From the human T2T-CHM13v2.0 reference genome, Homo sapiens, in NCBI RefSeq assembly GCF_009914755.1, contig NC_060945.1: 64,000 nt of DNA; one strand, given 5' to 3'. A program made the position numbers and the translations under genes. Below the pieces are notes generated by a model, which was not told where the DNA came from, ran no database searches, and was given only the letters and a program-made list of their open reading frames with translations. Shown piece by piece: positions 1 through 14,866 of the stretch. The stretch's first letter is position 1, and each line of letters opens with the position of its first letter.

Positions 1-1690
1 ATATGTTACAACTTTTGAATTTGCCCAGAAGTTCTTGGATATTACGTTTTTCTCTTTTTTTCTATAAATTTCTGCTTGAAAAGTTTCTACTGATTTATCT
101 TCTGAATCACCAGTTCTTTCCTCAGTCAGTTTATTGATGTGTACATCCAAACCATTCTTAATTTTCATTAGTGTTTTTTAATTTTACGAATTTCTATTGA
201 TACTTTCATAGAGTTTTTATTTGTCTGCTTTTATTACACATATGTTATTGCATGTTGTCTACTTTTTTCATTAGAGCTCTCAGCATATTAATCATAGTTA
301 TTTTAAAGCCACTGTAAAACTTCTGATATCTGCTTGTGATCTGGCTTTGAAACTTGTTTCTTCTTTCCAGACTGTTTTCCTGCCTTCACATGACTTACCA
401 TTTGTTTTGTTGTTATTGTTGAAAGCCTAGCATGCTATATCAAGTTATAGAAAATGAGGTAGATAGGCCGTTAGTGTGTTTAATCAAGTTTAGCCTAAAA
501 CTGCCTCCTTACATATTTTAAGTTCCACCTAAAGTCTTCTCTATACGTTGTGAACTGTAAAAAGTGGAGGTGTAAACAGACCATAGCTTACACTTGTGCC
601 AGTCACCAAGTTATGGTCAATCAAATGTAGCCAACTCTTCAAATAAGTCAAACTCCGAGCTGTAACCAATCCATCTATTTCTGTATCTTACTTCCTTTTT
701 TCTGTACCTCACTTTCCTTTTTCTGTCCATAAATCACGTGGCTGTGCCGGAGTCTCAAAGAGCCTAGTCTCGTTCAGGAGGTTGCCTGATTCACATATCT
801 TTCATTGTTCAGTTAAACTGTTTTAAATTAAATTTGGCAGAAGTTTCTCTTTTATCAAGTGTGAGGTTTTATGTAAATCTTTCTAGGACTTGAACTGTAT
901 TTAATTTTCGCTGTAGCCATGGGTGCCAAGGCCTTCAAATTCCTCTAGTATTCTTACTTGTCTCTCTTCTTTGTTTTTTGTTTCTTTAAAAATTCCTTTT
1001 TTAATAGAGCCTGAAGCTCTGTCATTGTGAAAATAAGGAACAGGGTAGGAGAGGCATTTTATAATCTTATACAATCTCAGTCTTTTGGTGGTTCTGCATC
1101 CCTGGGTTGTGTCCTTTACAAGCATCTCTTACCTCTCTCCCCTCCTTCAACTTTAGGTGAGATAAGAAAGCACGAGAGTGCTGGAACTAGATAATTGCTT
1201 TTCTGCCTATGGAAGATAAATCACCGGCAAGTTCATTTTCAGTGGAAAATAATCCATTTTTCTGGGGTATGCATAGTTGTATTTCAAAGTGGTCACTTTT
1301 GTCCTCTCCCTGGCCAAAGACATGAGCTGAGTTTTCTTGGATCTCCACCATGAGAACCTGGTAGCCCATAAAGTTGTAGGGGGTCTCTCTAAGATTACAG
1401 TCCCCAGAAGTTTTTTATTCTCAAGCTAGTCTACACTGAGCCTCCAACAATTTATTGACTACTGTTGAAATGTCCCAGTTTATAGTTCTATCAGGGCCTC
1501 TTCTAAGTAACCTGATCTGAGGTTTGTTTCTTTGTATTCAGTTTGTTTTTTTCAGATCCAAAGCAACGCAATACTCTGATGCATGCAAGAAAACTCACTG
1601 ATTTTTCAATTGCTCATCTTTTTTTTTTTTTTTTTAAGATGGGAATGATAACTTTCAAACCCTTTTCTTGTTAGAGGTGAAACTATATAC
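1..1690 (-). mobile_element. Old L1M (L1M4/L1MC-like) ORF1/5' region, antisense, interrupted by MER57
   Basis: T-rich antisense L1M-like sequence that resumes after the MER57 LTR (ttagtg|LTR|agtgtgagg); boundaries approximate. Confidence 0.55.
477..857 (+). mobile_element. Solo ERV1 LTR, MER57A/B family
   Basis: TG...CA termini; matches recalled MER57 motif AAGTTTAGCCTAAARCTGCCTCCTTACATATTTTAAG; 4-bp TSD AGTG at 473-476 and 858-861. Confidence 0.85.
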
Positions 1691-3464
1691 CCTGGTTTTT
1701 CACAAATTCAGATTATTGGCCTTGGAGCAAAAAACAAACAAACAAACAAACAACAAATCAGAACCTCATGGAAGTTGATATGGAATGCACATAGGAGCCC
1801 CCTTAATACACATTTACAACCTCTTAAGACACAGATGTTATGAAATCTAATTTTCTTTAGTTTCTGTACAGAAGAACTTCATATTTCTCTAAAGCAGTAA
1901 TAGGTTTTCTCATAAATCTTGCAAATTCACTCCAAACACATATACAAGTAGAAAAGGCATAACAATGAAATGGCCTTGGATATAGAACCAATATTCTATG
2001 AATATCTAACAGATGTATGAAACATTACAGGCATTCAGTATGCACAAGGATTTCATTACTGCCCTGGGGTCTGCAACATTATTTTGCTGAAAATAACCTT
2101 AAACAGCTAAGCAATGACAGCCTTTCTTCTTATTACCTGGCATCCTCACTTTAAGTGGTAACTTCAACAGTTCATCTAGGCTCTGCCTTCTTTCCACCGT
2201 CATTAATGATTTGCAGTGAGTCAGTTTTCATGGATTACCCACATTGCATTTTGATACTGATGACTAATTCTCTAGCGGTTTTCTATACTTAGATGAAATG
2301 GAGAAATCTTTCCTTTTTTCACATATGAAGAACCACTTCAAGTTACTAATATGAAGGTAACCAAACAGGGCTTCTCCTTTAAACTATGCTAATTTTTCTG
2401 TCTTCTTGTTTTGTGATACTTGTGTCATTTAGTGATCAGGTGTGATCTCATACTCTATGAATCATGCTATCAACCAAAATGACTCTATTTTAATGAACTG
2501 AGCCACAATTAAAACAAACAAACAGGCTATTTCATACTGAAATGCTGATTTAACAATTCTTTTAAACTTGGAAAATTGGCAACCTTATGTATGTATCTCT
2601 ACATGGAAATAATTAACTAGTTTGGGATATATGTAATTATTTTTGGATATTTATTACCATTTTTACCATTCCTTTTATTGCATATGCTGAGTGTGTGTGT
2701 ATGTATGTGCATATATGTAGCTCATTGAAAACTAAAGCAATAGGCTCTTTCATTAAATACTACGTATTTCATTGCATGCTATTTTTTCAAATATGCAAGT
2801 AAAATTGAGAAAACATTATAAATGATCCAAAATACATAATTTTGGTATATATTAAAGCAATTTTTAGTGCTCATCACAAAAATAAATGACTTTACTTTGC
2901 CAAATAAATTATTGTCTAGATAAAATGTCTAGGCCATACTATACAAAATAAACTTGCAAATCCTTCCCTCACTATTTCAGGCATTTTTCCTTTTTATTTT
3001 TTTTCATTCTGTGACTCTAGTCAATGACATTTTTTTCTTTTTAAGTAAGAAAAAAATTATATTACATTATATTAACATATATTTATCTAGCTTAAAAGAG
3101 CAGATATTTCAATTTTATGTCTCTGGGATAGGAAAAATCATTCCTTGAATGAAGCTAACTGAGAAAAAAAGTGTTTTCCATCTAAAGGGTAATTTTATTC
3201 TCCCTCATATTCAGTTTTTAAATTTTCAATATTATTTCAAAATTGCCCTTTTCAAACAATTTAAATTTGTGAACTTTCCACTGAGAGCTGGTTGTTATCA
3301 TGAATTCATACAAATAGTCACTGGCAAAGAGTAATTATCACACTATGATGCTGTTAAAATTGTGTTGACTCATCTGAAAATAGTTGGAGTTGAGTGACAG
3401 ACTCTCATGGCTGATTTTCAAATATAATTATAATAATTCATTCATTTTTTGTTTACTCATTTTA

Positions 3465-4060
3465 GTAACTGTTGCCACATATCAGAATATTCCAATACTA
3501 AGTAGCTTAAAACAACCTTCATTTAATCATCAATTCCAAGGTCAATAATCAGTACAATGAAAATGACTAGTCCCTGCTCTACAGTGGCTGGGAATTTAGT
3601 TGAGGAGACTTAAAGCCTGCATAAGCTTGGCTGCTTGGAGCTAGAATTATCTGAAGGGACATTTGCTCACATGTATTGTGGGTATTGCTTACCCTTAGCC
3701 TCAGTCTCAGCCAGACTTGAGGTTTGAACCCTTACATGTGATCTCTCCACATGACCTGAACTTGCTGTCATCACTGTGGCCCTAGGGCCATTGGATTCCT
3801 ATGTGACAATTCAGGACTCCAGTGTTAGTGTTCTAGTCACAAGGTAGAAACTGATCACTTTTATGATCCAGGCTTGAAAGTGGCTGATTGCCACTTCGGC
3901 CACTCATTCTTTTGATTAAGAGCAAGCCACAAATACAATTTAAGGGAAATGGAAGTAGCTATGTCTGTTAATAGGGTTGTGGCAATGTTCTAAAAAGTTC
4001 TAAGTCGTCTTACTGAATGGGAAGTATTGAAGTGATCTTTAGAAAATATGACCTGCCAAC
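3465..4060 (-). mobile_element. Old MaLR LTR (MLT1H/I/J-like)
   Basis: Contains agtagcttaaaacaac, ggagctagaattatctgaagg and gctcacatgt, typical of antisense old MLT1 LTRs. Confidence 0.55.
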
Positions 4061-4097
4061 AATTGCTTAAAGCAAAACTGAATTAGACTCTTCTCAA

Positions 4098-4123
4098 GTG
4101 TGAGTGTGTGTGTGTGTGTGTGT
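4098..4123. repeat. (TG)n microsatellite
   Basis: Direct reading. Confidence 0.9.
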
Positions 4124-6366
4124 AATCCCTTGTCATCTTTGTTACACAGAGATTTTAACGTTTGAAAATCCTTTGCATTTTAGCTATTTCCTATCTTTCA
4201 TGTTTTTCTATATAATCCTGTTGCCTTTGGTTCTAAAATCCTATAGTGCTTATTTCTCTAAGGGTATTTAGCTGCAGGATTTCCAAATGAGAGTAATTGA
4301 TCTGTGAATACACTGCTATTTCAAACACAAAGAACTTGAATGAAAGTGTTGAGATTTAGAAATATGAGGATTCCAGTGGCATTTGATATTTCTTATCAGA
4401 AGTAATAGAAATGTACACTTTATTCCACTGAACATATATTTTAAGATGTAAACCTATGCTTTAGGACAAATACTTAAAAGCCAAGTCAATGATTACAAAG
4501 ACTTCATGAAGAAGATATTATATATTATTAATAATTGAAATCTATTTAATAATTGCTAGTACCTGCTATCAAATATGTATTTAGTTTTATACCAAAGACT
4601 ACATTGGGTTCAAGTTCTAACAAGCAATTATGATCGTAATTATGACTTTATTCATAATCTCATATTCATGAGAAAAATTTAAGGATTCAAAATTAGATAA
4701 TATGCAAGAGTGTATACTTTGATTAAAATTTGCTTTTCATTTTTTGAATAATCATTAACATAGCCCTTGAAAATAATGGAATAAAAATAGGGTATAGTTT
4801 TGCTATATGCCAATATTATACTAGGGGATGGTACAGAATTGTGAAAAAAATAAGCATTATATTTGTTCTGTGAAGTCAGATCTTTACTTTTTTAACATTT
4901 GCAAGTTTTCCAATACCATTTAATTTATTATTGCTTTCTTAGCCGTTTTGCTTTCTGCCTCCAAAATATCTGTCCTTGTTTGACTTAATATTCATACTTT
5001 TGTCTACATAACTATAATTCTTTCTCATAACTCATATTTTTATTCTGCCTCTTATTTAGATAAATAATCTCAAAATAGACTTTAGCACAAATGATTTTAT
5101 TTAATAATTATATATTTATAGCAGTACATAAATACATACTACTCAAAAAATTAGGAAAAAGTAAAATATAAATGTTATTTCAGGATATTATCCATGAAAA
5201 CTTCCCAACCTTGTGAGAAAGGCCAAAAGTCAAACTGAGGAAATGCAAAGAACGCCTGCAAGAGTCTGCACAAGAATATTATCCCAAAGACATATAATAA
5301 TCAGATTTTTCAAGATTGAAATGAAAAAAAGAATGTTAAAGGCAGCTAGACAGAAAGGGCAGGTCACCTACGAAGGGAACCCCATTAGTCTAACAGTGGA
5401 CCCCTCAGCTGAACCCCTACATCTCAGAAGAGATTGGGGACCTAGATTAAATATTCTTAAAGAAAAATATTTTCAACCAAGAATTTCAAATCCAGCCAAA
5501 GTAAGTTTTTTAAGCCAGGAGAAATAAGATCCTTTTCAGATAAGCAAATGCTCAGGAAGTTTCTACCACCAGAACTGTTTTATAAGAGTTCTTGACAGGA
5601 GAACTAAATATAGAAAGGAAAGACTGCTCGTGGCTAACTCAAAAACAGACTTAACTACACAGACCAGTGACACTATAAAGCAACCACATAAACAAGGCAC
5701 CATAATTACCAGCTAATAACACAATGACACATATCAATACTAACCTTGAATGTAAATAGGCTAAATGACCCCACATAAAAGGCACAGAGTGGCAAGCTGG
5801 ATAAAAAAGCAAGATCCAATGGTAAGCTGTCTTCAAGAAATCCATCTCAAATGTAATGACATCCATTGGCTCAAAATAAAGGGATGGAGAAAAATCCACC
5901 AAGCAAATGGAAAACAGAAAAAAAAAGCAGGGGTTGCAATCCTAATTTCAAACAAAACAGAGTTTAAACCAACAAAAATAAAAAAGACAAAGGAGGACAT
6001 TACATATGGTAAAGGATTCAATTCAACAAAATGACCTAACTATCTTAAATATACAGGCACCCAACACAGGAACACCCAGTTTCATAAAGGAAGTTCTTAG
6101 AGACCTACAAGAGACATAGATTCTCACACTATAACAGTGGGAGATATTCAGGATCTAAACTCAACATTGGACCAAATGGATCTGATCGACATCTACAGAT
6201 CCCTCCACCCAAAACAACAGAATATACATTCTTCTAATTGCCACATGACACATACTCTAAAATCATTCACATAACTGGACATAAAACAAATCTCAGCAAA
6301 TGCTAAATAACTGAAATCATACCAAACACACTCTTGTATCACAGCTTGATAAAAATAGAAGTCCAG

Positions 6367-6715
6367 TTATATTGTTTGGCTGTGTCCCCACCCAGATCTC
6401 ATCTTGAATTGTAATAGCCATAATCCCCACATGTCTAGGGAGAACCCTGGTGAGTGGTGATTGGATCATAGGGAGTGGTTTCCCCCATGCTGTTCTCATG
6501 ACAGTGAGTGAGTTCCCATGAGATCTGATGGTTTTATAAGGGACTCTTCTCCCTTCCCTCTTTCCTCTCTCTCACCTACCATCATGTAAGACATGCTCCT
6601 TCCCCTTCCACCATGATTGTAAGTTTCCTGAGGCCTCTTCAGCCATGTGGAACTATGAGTCAATTAAACCTCTTTCCTTTATAAATTACCCATTCTCTGG
6701 AATTTATAATGAACA
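6367..6715 (+). mobile_element. MaLR LTR (THE1D/MSTA) nested in L1 ORF2
   Basis: tttggctgtgtccccacccagatctcatcttgaattg start; caattaaacctctttcctttataaattaccc near the end; 5-bp TSD tccag/tcaag; small deletion near the 3' end. Confidence 0.9.
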
Positions 6716-7057
6716 TCAAGAATAAGTAAATTGCTCAAAACTATGCAATTACATGGAAATTAAGCAACATGCTCCTGAATAACTTTTGGGTAAACAATGA
6801 AATCAAGGCAGAAATCAAGAAGTTATCTGAAACTAAGGAGAACAAGGATATAACATACCAGAATCTCTCGACACAGCTAAGGCAGTGTTAAGAAGGAAAT
6901 GGTTAGCAGTAAATGCCCACACCAAAAAGTTAGAGAGGTCTCAAATTAACTACCTAACATCACAGTGAAAGAATTAGAGAAGCAGGAACAAATCAACTCT
7001 AAAGCTATCAGAAGACAAGAAATAACCAAAATCAGAGCTGAACTGAAGGAAATCAAA

Positions 7058-7104
<47 letters not shown>
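7058..7104. repeat. (CA)n microsatellite within L1
   Basis: Direct reading, about 23 units. Confidence 0.95.
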
Positions 7105-7108
<4 letters not shown>

Positions 7109-10100
7109 TTCAAAAGATCAACAAATCCAGGAGTTTTACTTTTTGTTTTGAAACAAATAATAAGATTTATAGGCCATTAGCTAGAATAATAGAGAAGAAA
7201 AGAGAAAATATGCAAATAAACACAATTAGAAATGTTGAAGGGAATGTTTCCACTGAAATAAAAACAGCCATCAGACACTACTACAAAAACCTCTATGCAT
7301 ACAAATTAGAAAACCAAGACGAGATGGATAAATTCCTGGACCCGTACACCCTTCCAAGAATGAACCAGTAAGAAACTGATTCTCTCAAAAGACCGAGATT
7401 GGGCTTCAAAATGGAATCAGTAATGAATAGCCTACCAATCAAAAAAGGGCCTAGGATCTAAAGGATTCAAAGCTGAATTCTACCAGATGACAAAGAAGAG
7501 CTGATACCATAACTACTGAAACTATTCCAAAAAATTGAGGAGGAGAAACTCTTCCATAACTCATTATATGAGGCCAACATCATCCTGATACCAAAACTTT
7601 GCAGAGACACACACAATAAAGAAACCTTTAGGCCAATATCCTTGATGAACATAGATGCAAAAATCCTCAATGAAATACTTGATAACCAAATCCAGCAGGA
7701 TATGAAAAAGCCTATCCACCATGATTAAGTAGGCTTTATCCCTGGGATGCAAGTTCGATTCAACATATGCAGATCAATAAATGTGATTCATCACATAAAT
7801 GGAAGTAAAGACAAAAACCACATGATTATTTCAATAGATGCAGAAAAGGCTTTTGATAAAATTCGACACAGCTTCATATTAAAAACTTTCAATAAACTAG
7901 CTATTAAAGAAATACACTTCAAAATAATAGGAGCCATCTATGATGAACCCACAGTCAATATCATACTAAAAGGGCAAAATCTGGAATCATTCCCTTTGAA
8001 AACTCGCACAAGACAAGGATGCCCTCTCTCACCACTCCTATCCAACATAGTATTGGAAGTCCTGGCCAGAGCAATCAGGCAAGAGAAAGAAATAAAGGGC
8101 ATCCAAATAGGAAGTGAGGAAGTTAAACTATCCCTGTTTGAAGATCACATGATCTTATATTAAGAAAACCCCATAATCTCAGCCCAAAAGCTCCTTCAGC
8201 TGAAAAAGAACTTCAACAAAGTTTCAGGATACAAAATCAATGTACAAAAATTACTGTCATTCCTATACACAAACAACAGCCAAGCCAAGAGCCAAATCAG
8301 AAGGCGATCTCGTTCACAATTGCCAAAAAATGAATAAAATACCTAGGAATACAGCTAATCATGTAGGGGAAAAGTCTCTACAATGGGAATTATAGAAATT
8401 ATAGAAAACTGCTCAAAGAAATCAGAGAAGACACAAACAAATTGAAAAACCTTCCATGCTCATGGATAGGAAGAAACAATATTGTGAAAATAGCCATATT
8501 TCCCAAAGCAATGTATAGATTCAATACTATTCCCATTAAACTACCATTGACATCCTTCACACAACTAGAAAAAAACTATTTTAAAAATCATATGGAACCA
8601 AAAAAGAGTCTGAATAGCCAAGACAATTCTAAGCAAAAAGGACAAAGCTAGAGGCATCATGTTACGCAACTTTAAACTATGCTACAGGGCTACAGTAACC
8701 AAAACAACATAGTACTGGTACAAAAACAGGTACATAGACCAATGGAACAGAATGCAGAGACCAAAAGAAGGCTGCACATGTACAACCATCTGATCTTCGG
8801 CAAAGCTGACAAAAACAAACAATGAGGAAAATATTATCTATTCAATAAATGGTGCTGGGATAACTGGCTAGCCATATACAGAAAATTGAATCTGGACCCC
8901 TTCCTTACATCTTGTACAAAAATTATCTCAAGATGGATTAAAGATTTAAATGTGAAACCCAAACAAAAACCCTGGAAGACAACCTAGGCAATGCTATTAA
9001 GGACTCAGAAGCAGGCTAAGATTTCATGACAAAAATTAAAAAACCAAGTGCAACAAAAGCAAAAAGTGACAACTGAGGTCTAATGAAACTAAAGAGCTTC
9101 TGCACAGCAAAGCTAAACTTAGTGAAAACCTACGGAAGGGAGAAAAATTTTGCCTTTGTGCATCTGAAAAAGGTCTAATATCCAGCATCTATAAGGAGCT
9201 TAAACAAATCCACAAGAAGAAACAAACAAACCAATTAAAAACTCGAAAATGGGCATGAATAGACACTTTTCAGAAGAACACATACATGCAGCCAACAATC
9301 ACATGAAAAAAAGCTCACCAGACGTACAGATCAAAACCACAATGAGATACCATCTCACACCAGTCAGAATGGCTATTAATAAAAAGACAAAAAGTGACAG
9401 ATGCTGGTGAAGTTGTGGAGAGAAGAGAACACTGGTACAATGTCAGTGGGAGTGTAAATGAGCTCAACCATTGTGAAAAGCAGTATGGCAATTCCTCAAA
9501 GAGCTAAAAGCCGAACTACCATTTGACCCAGCAATCCCATTACTGGGCATATACCCAGAGGAATACAAATTTTTCTACCATAGAGACACATGCACGCATA
9601 TGTTCATTGCAGCAATATTCATATTAGGAAAGGCATGAAATCAACCTAGATGTCCATCAATGAGAGATTAAAAGAAGAAAATGTGGACATGGAATACTGT
9701 GAAGTCATAAGAAAGAATGAGATCATGTCTTTTGCAGAAATGTAGATGGAGATGGAGGCTATTATCCTTAGCAAACTAATGCAGGAACAGAAAACCAAAT
9801 ACTGCATGTTCTTACTTATAACTGCGAGCTAAATGATGAGAACTCATGACCACAACACAGGAATAAATAGACAGTGGGGTCTACCTGAGGATTGAAGGTG
9901 GGAGGAGGTTTAGGAGCAGAAAAGGTAACTGTTGCGTACTGAGCTTAATATCTGGGTGATGAAATAATGTGTACAACAAACCCCCATGACATGAGTTTAC
10001 CTACCAAACAAACCTTCTCATGTATCCCTGAACCAAAAATAAACTTTTTTAAAAAAATAAAATATCAAAGTTACCCTTAAGAAAGTTCCAGAAATGCAAC

Positions 10101-12204
10101 ATTATTAGCATCCCTGATTTCTATTCCTCTTCTTTCCTGACAATCGTGTCAACTCCATGATACACATAGCCATTAACACCAAAGGACAGTTTTATTTCCT
10201 TTTAAAAGTAGTGTAATTAGGCTGATACAACATGTATTCTTTTGTATCCAGCTTCTTTTGATCAATGTTTTATGATATAAGATTCATCCATATTTTTGGT
10301 GTTCATTTTAATTGTTTTGTTCCACTGTTTAATATATCAGATACAAGCACACACACCATACACACACACACACACTCATACACAACTATGTACACATAAT
10401 CTACTTTATGCTTGATAGATGCATGCCTTTCATTGTGTATAGAGATGGTTAGACAGGAAAAGAGGGAAGGAGAGAGGAAGGGAGAAGAGAAGAGAGAAAA
10501 GGAGAAGGGGAGAGAAAATAAATTTGTTGGGTTATAGGATATGCATAAGCTCAATTTTAATATGTAATAAACATTGAAATGTTTCCAAATTGGTTCTAAA
10601 ATTATGTGTGCTCAGAATAGTAGATACATTTTCTAGTTGCACTGCATCCTTGAGAAAATTTAGCCTTGCCAATAATTTTATTTGAGTCATTTGGTGAGTA
10701 TGTAATGTTATCTCTCTTCTTTTAACTTATATTTTCTTGATTATTAAAGATATTTAGAACATTTTTGATGTTTATCTGTCGTCCATTTGGATATTATATT
10801 ATGTGAAGTGCTATTCAAGGCTATTACCTGCTTTTTTATTGTGTGGTATTTTTTAACTATATTAAAGAACGTGTTATGTATTCTGGGTATAGTTTCTTTT
10901 TTCTCATTTTATGTGCCACAAACATATTCTCATTCTCTGTTTTTTTTTTCTTTTCACTTATTTTATGTTTAACGTTGGTCTTTATTTTAACAGCAAATTT
11001 ATCACCATTTACTTTTGTTACCAGAGCTTCTTTCCCTACCATAAGACTATGAAAGTATGTTTTTATATTATGGTCTAGAAATTTTACTGGTTTACCTTTC
11101 ATCTTACTTTTTACAAAATGTATGAATTAATGTTTTCTTATGGTGTGAGAGAGGGGTCAATATATATCTTTTCCCATTTGAATAACTGGATTACCAAACT
11201 TAATATATTTAGAATACTTCTTTTCTCTTTTTTGCATCTTCATTTTTGTTATGTCAGGTGCCCTATGTGCAAGTGTGTTTTTGAGAATCCTTTTCTGAGC
11301 CATTATTCTAGTTTTCATCATTGTGGAAATATCATACAGTTTCAATTGATTTAGGCTTCTCATACATTTTGTTCATATGGCTATCTTCTCTTGTGAAGTG
11401 TCTACTAAATTTGTCATGTTTTATATTAAACGGTTTTAAAGTTTCTTACTGATTTGTTGTGCTACATTATATAATCAGAATAGGAGTCTGTTGAATACAT
11501 GAAGTACAGATACCTTCTACCTCTTTACATTCCTTTTCTCTTTCATCATATTATGTTGATGAAAAGCAATTCTTCATTGAATGTATTCAAGTTTATAAAT
11601 GTTTCACACCTAGTCAATGGTTTTCTTCCTGTTTCCTATCTCTAGCCTGAAGGTAAACTCCTATATTTTAGTCTAAAGTCTTTACTGTTTGTCTTTTTTA
11701 TTTAGATCTCCTATCCATCTGAAAATATATGTTTTAAAATATATTTAAAATATATTGTGAAGCAGAGTTCAATATTTAATTTTTTTATATGTACACATCA
11801 TTGACCTATGACCACTAATTAAAAAGAATATCCTTTCCTCACACTTATGGGTCACACATATCAGGTATATGTTTATTTCTTAGTGTATTTATCTATCCTT
11901 GTGCATATAATCTTTGTATCAAATACTATATATTTCTGATAATTATTAATTTTGGTAACATCAGTTCTTCAGCTTTTAATATTTCACTTCATTTATTGAA
12001 TAGTTAAGGAAATATTCATATTTTCTATTGCTTTTCATGTCAATTTAGTATTTTCAATGTATTGGTGCAAAGGTGTTTATAATATCTTGTGTTTTAACAT
12101 CTATATACTCTCAAATTATGTCCTTTTTAATTTTTAGTCATGGTAATTTGTGGTCCTCCCTTTCTTCTTGGTGAAGCTTATAAGTTCATTGATGTTTTGA
12201 ATTG

Positions 12205-12680
12205 TTTTGGGTGCCTCTTGTGGCTCATCTCACATCCTATTGTCCTTACCTCTATTTCTAGATGCAGCTATGACATTCAGTCTTCAACTCACTTTGTGCT
12301 GATGGTGTCCAACTCAAGCCCACACATGATACTTTTCCTTATTCTCCCAGAAGTCTCTACACTGCTGAAGTATGGGGTTAAAATAGAAGATTGTTGACAG
12401 ATAGCATACTGGGTATGTACTGCCCCTAGGGAACTCTTCAGTATAGATAAATGGAAGCCTATAATTAAATACTTATTTTCAATCTTCTAGTCAACAATTT
12501 TCAGAAGCATTGATAAGCACAAATAAAATATATTGGTGATCAACTTAATAGTACACCCTTAACATTAATATTCCTACTTGCCTTTTATAATTTTTGATCC
12601 CTCATCCCTGCTCCCTGGGATAACCTCCCCAATACACCATCTTTCAAGTTTATTTTCAGAGGAATACAGATTAGGATATT
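12205..12680 (+). mobile_element. Old ERVL LTR (LTR16-like)
   Basis: 3' part ccctcatccctgctccctgggataacctccccaata resembles LTR16 termini. Confidence 0.5.
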
Positions 12681-13660
12681 AGTTTTTTCAAATAATCAAC
12701 TTTCAAACTTCATACATTTAATCTTCTGTATTTTTAAATTTTTCCATAAATTTTTATAACTATATTAGTAGCTTCCTAAATTTTTTTTCCTATCAAGTTA
12801 GCTGTTTTTATTTCATTTTTTTAGATAAATGCTTAGGTCACTGATTGTCAACTTTTATTCTTTTCTAATACATGAATTTAGAGCTGCAATGTTCCTAGCA
12901 AATTTTAATTAAACTGCATGGTACAAGTTGTGCTTTGCGTTATTTTCTCATTATTTAAATACAAACATTTTATAGTGTCCATTCAGATATTTTCTTTGAC
13001 CTTAGAGAAATTTAGAAGTATGCTATTTAACTTCAAAATAATTTTTATTTTCTAGTTATTATTTGGTTATTTATTTTATCTTAATTCTACTATAGTCAGA
13101 CACCATACATTGTATTATTTGAGTCATATAAAATATGTTTTTATTTACCTTATTACCTCTCATTCATTTCTTGATGTAATATTTCCTTTGCAATTAAATA
13201 AGTGTGCATTTTGCCACAGTTGTCTGCTTTGTTATATGCATGTCAATTAGTAGCATTTTGTCAGGCATACTGTTTCAAGTATTCTGTAACATTACCAATT
13301 GTCTGACTTTTCCTTCAGTTACAGAGGTAATTTTTTCAGTCTATAAGATCATAGATTTGTCCATTTCTTATTTTAATTCTATTAGCTTTTGATGATCTAT
13401 TTTAATACCTTTGTTGAGGTACCATTCACATACAATTAACTGCCCATATTAACAGTGTAAATTTAGGTTGCTTCTGACAAAGGTACATGCCCATGAATTC
13501 ATCACTACAATCAAGATAAAGAACATATCTATCAACTCGAAAGATTCCTATTGCTTCTTTGTAATCCATTTTTTTCATCCCATTTTTTCAAATTTTATAT
13601 CATTCTCAGGCACATGGTGATATATTTTCTGTCAAAATAAATCAATTTCAATTCCCTATA

Positions 13661-14079
13661 TAGATGACCCCACACTTATAATGAGAGTACATCTCAATCA
13701 ACCCATGGTGAGTTGAAAATATCATAAGTCAAAAATGCATTTAATAAATCTAACCTACTAAACATCATGGCTTAGTCTAATCTACAGTAAACATGTTCCG
13801 AACACTTACATTAGCCAAGAGCTGGGAAAAATTATCTGGCAACACAGTATACTGTAGAGTATCAGTTGTTTACCCTCAACATTGTGAAGCTAACTGGGAG
13901 CTGCTTCTTGCTGCCACTGCCAAGCATCAGAGAAGTGTCATATAGTATATTGCCAGCCCAGGAGAAAATCAAAATTCAAAATTTGAAGTATAGTCTCTAC
14001 TGAAGGCATATCACTTTCTCACCATTGTAGAGTCAAAAAATTGGAGGTCAAAATCATATTGTAAGTTGGGGATGGTCTG
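13661..14079 (+). mobile_element. MER47B (TcMar-Tigger non-autonomous DNA transposon), full length
   Basis: Terminal inverted repeats (tagatgaccccacacttata / tgtaagttggggatggtctg), TA TSD at both ends, ~419 bp. Confidence 0.85.
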
Positions 14080-14559
14080 TAATTTTACATAAATGAAAAC
14101 ATACACCATTTAAGTTTTTTTTCTGACTTCATTGACTTAGTATGTTTATTTTAAGACGTATCCATGTGAACAGATAGATAATTCCTTTTTATTGCTAAGT
14201 AGTATTCCATGGCATGAACATTCCACAATTTGTTTATCCATTCACCTGTTGAAGGCCATTACAAATAGATCCACTGCAAATCTTTGTGCAGAGGTTTTGG
14301 TCTTCTCGTATGCTCTTATTTCTCTTAGATAAATACTAAGGAGATGAATGGATAGATCATATTGTAGGTGTAGGTTTAATTTTTTAAGAAATTGTTGACC
14401 GTTTGAGAAAGTGGTTGTAGCATTTTACAATCCCCATCAATGGTGTATGAGAGTTATAGTACGTCCACATCCTCACCTTACAGCAAATGTGCATTTAATG
14501 TTAGATTATGCTTGCTTAGAAGAAAAATGTGCTGGTGTTCAAATGTATCTATTCTATTT

Positions 14560-14866
14560 CTTATCTGGCTTTGGAATTCTCTGTGCCTTAAATATCTGCC
14601 CTTGCTTTGTCTGTCTACTAATTCCTACTTATCTCTCAAGATCAATCTCTGATCTACCCCAGAATGTGTTTTGCTCCCTACCTTGTACAACGACTTTGTC
14701 CTTCAAGTTCTGAAGTCCCTATGCCATAGTAACATTCTTATAGTTTAGGCAACCTTATTTGATTAAGGGTTTCTTGCAGGAAGAATCATATATTATTTAT
14801 CCTTTAACCTGCCTCAGAGCTTGACACATACTAAGAGCTCCATATATTTTGTGTTATTAAATGAAA
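14560..14866 (+). mobile_element. L2 3' end fragment
   Basis: cttgacacatactaagagctcc...ttaaatgaa resembles the L2 terminus. Confidence 0.5.

Larger units (their letters stand above)
5178..10058 (+). mobile_element. 5'-truncated LINE-1 (L1PA13-L1PA16-like): distal ORF1, degenerate ORF2, 3'UTR
   Basis: ORF fragments match L1 ORF1p (LKAARQKGQVTYEG) and ORF2p ([39 protein letters not shown]); L1P-type 3'UTR and A tail; degenerate 15-bp TSD aaaatataaatgtta (5163-5177) / aaaatatcaaagtta (10059-10073); many stops and frameshifts. Confidence 0.95.
10080..14480 (-). mobile_element. Cluster of old antisense L1M (L1ME/L1MC-like) fragments, with (CA)n at ~10345-10385 and a GA-rich tract at ~10440-10517
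   Basis: Antisense L1M 3' motifs such as ttttattgctaagtagtattccat, tttatccattcacctgttga and cattttacaatccccatcaatggtgtatgagagtt; boundaries approximate. Confidence 0.6.

Noticed and set aside
5213-8651. ORFs with endonuclease and RT motifs as a functional gene or novel RT system
   Set aside because: These are fragments of a 5'-truncated L1 with many stops, frameshifts, deletions and a nested LTR
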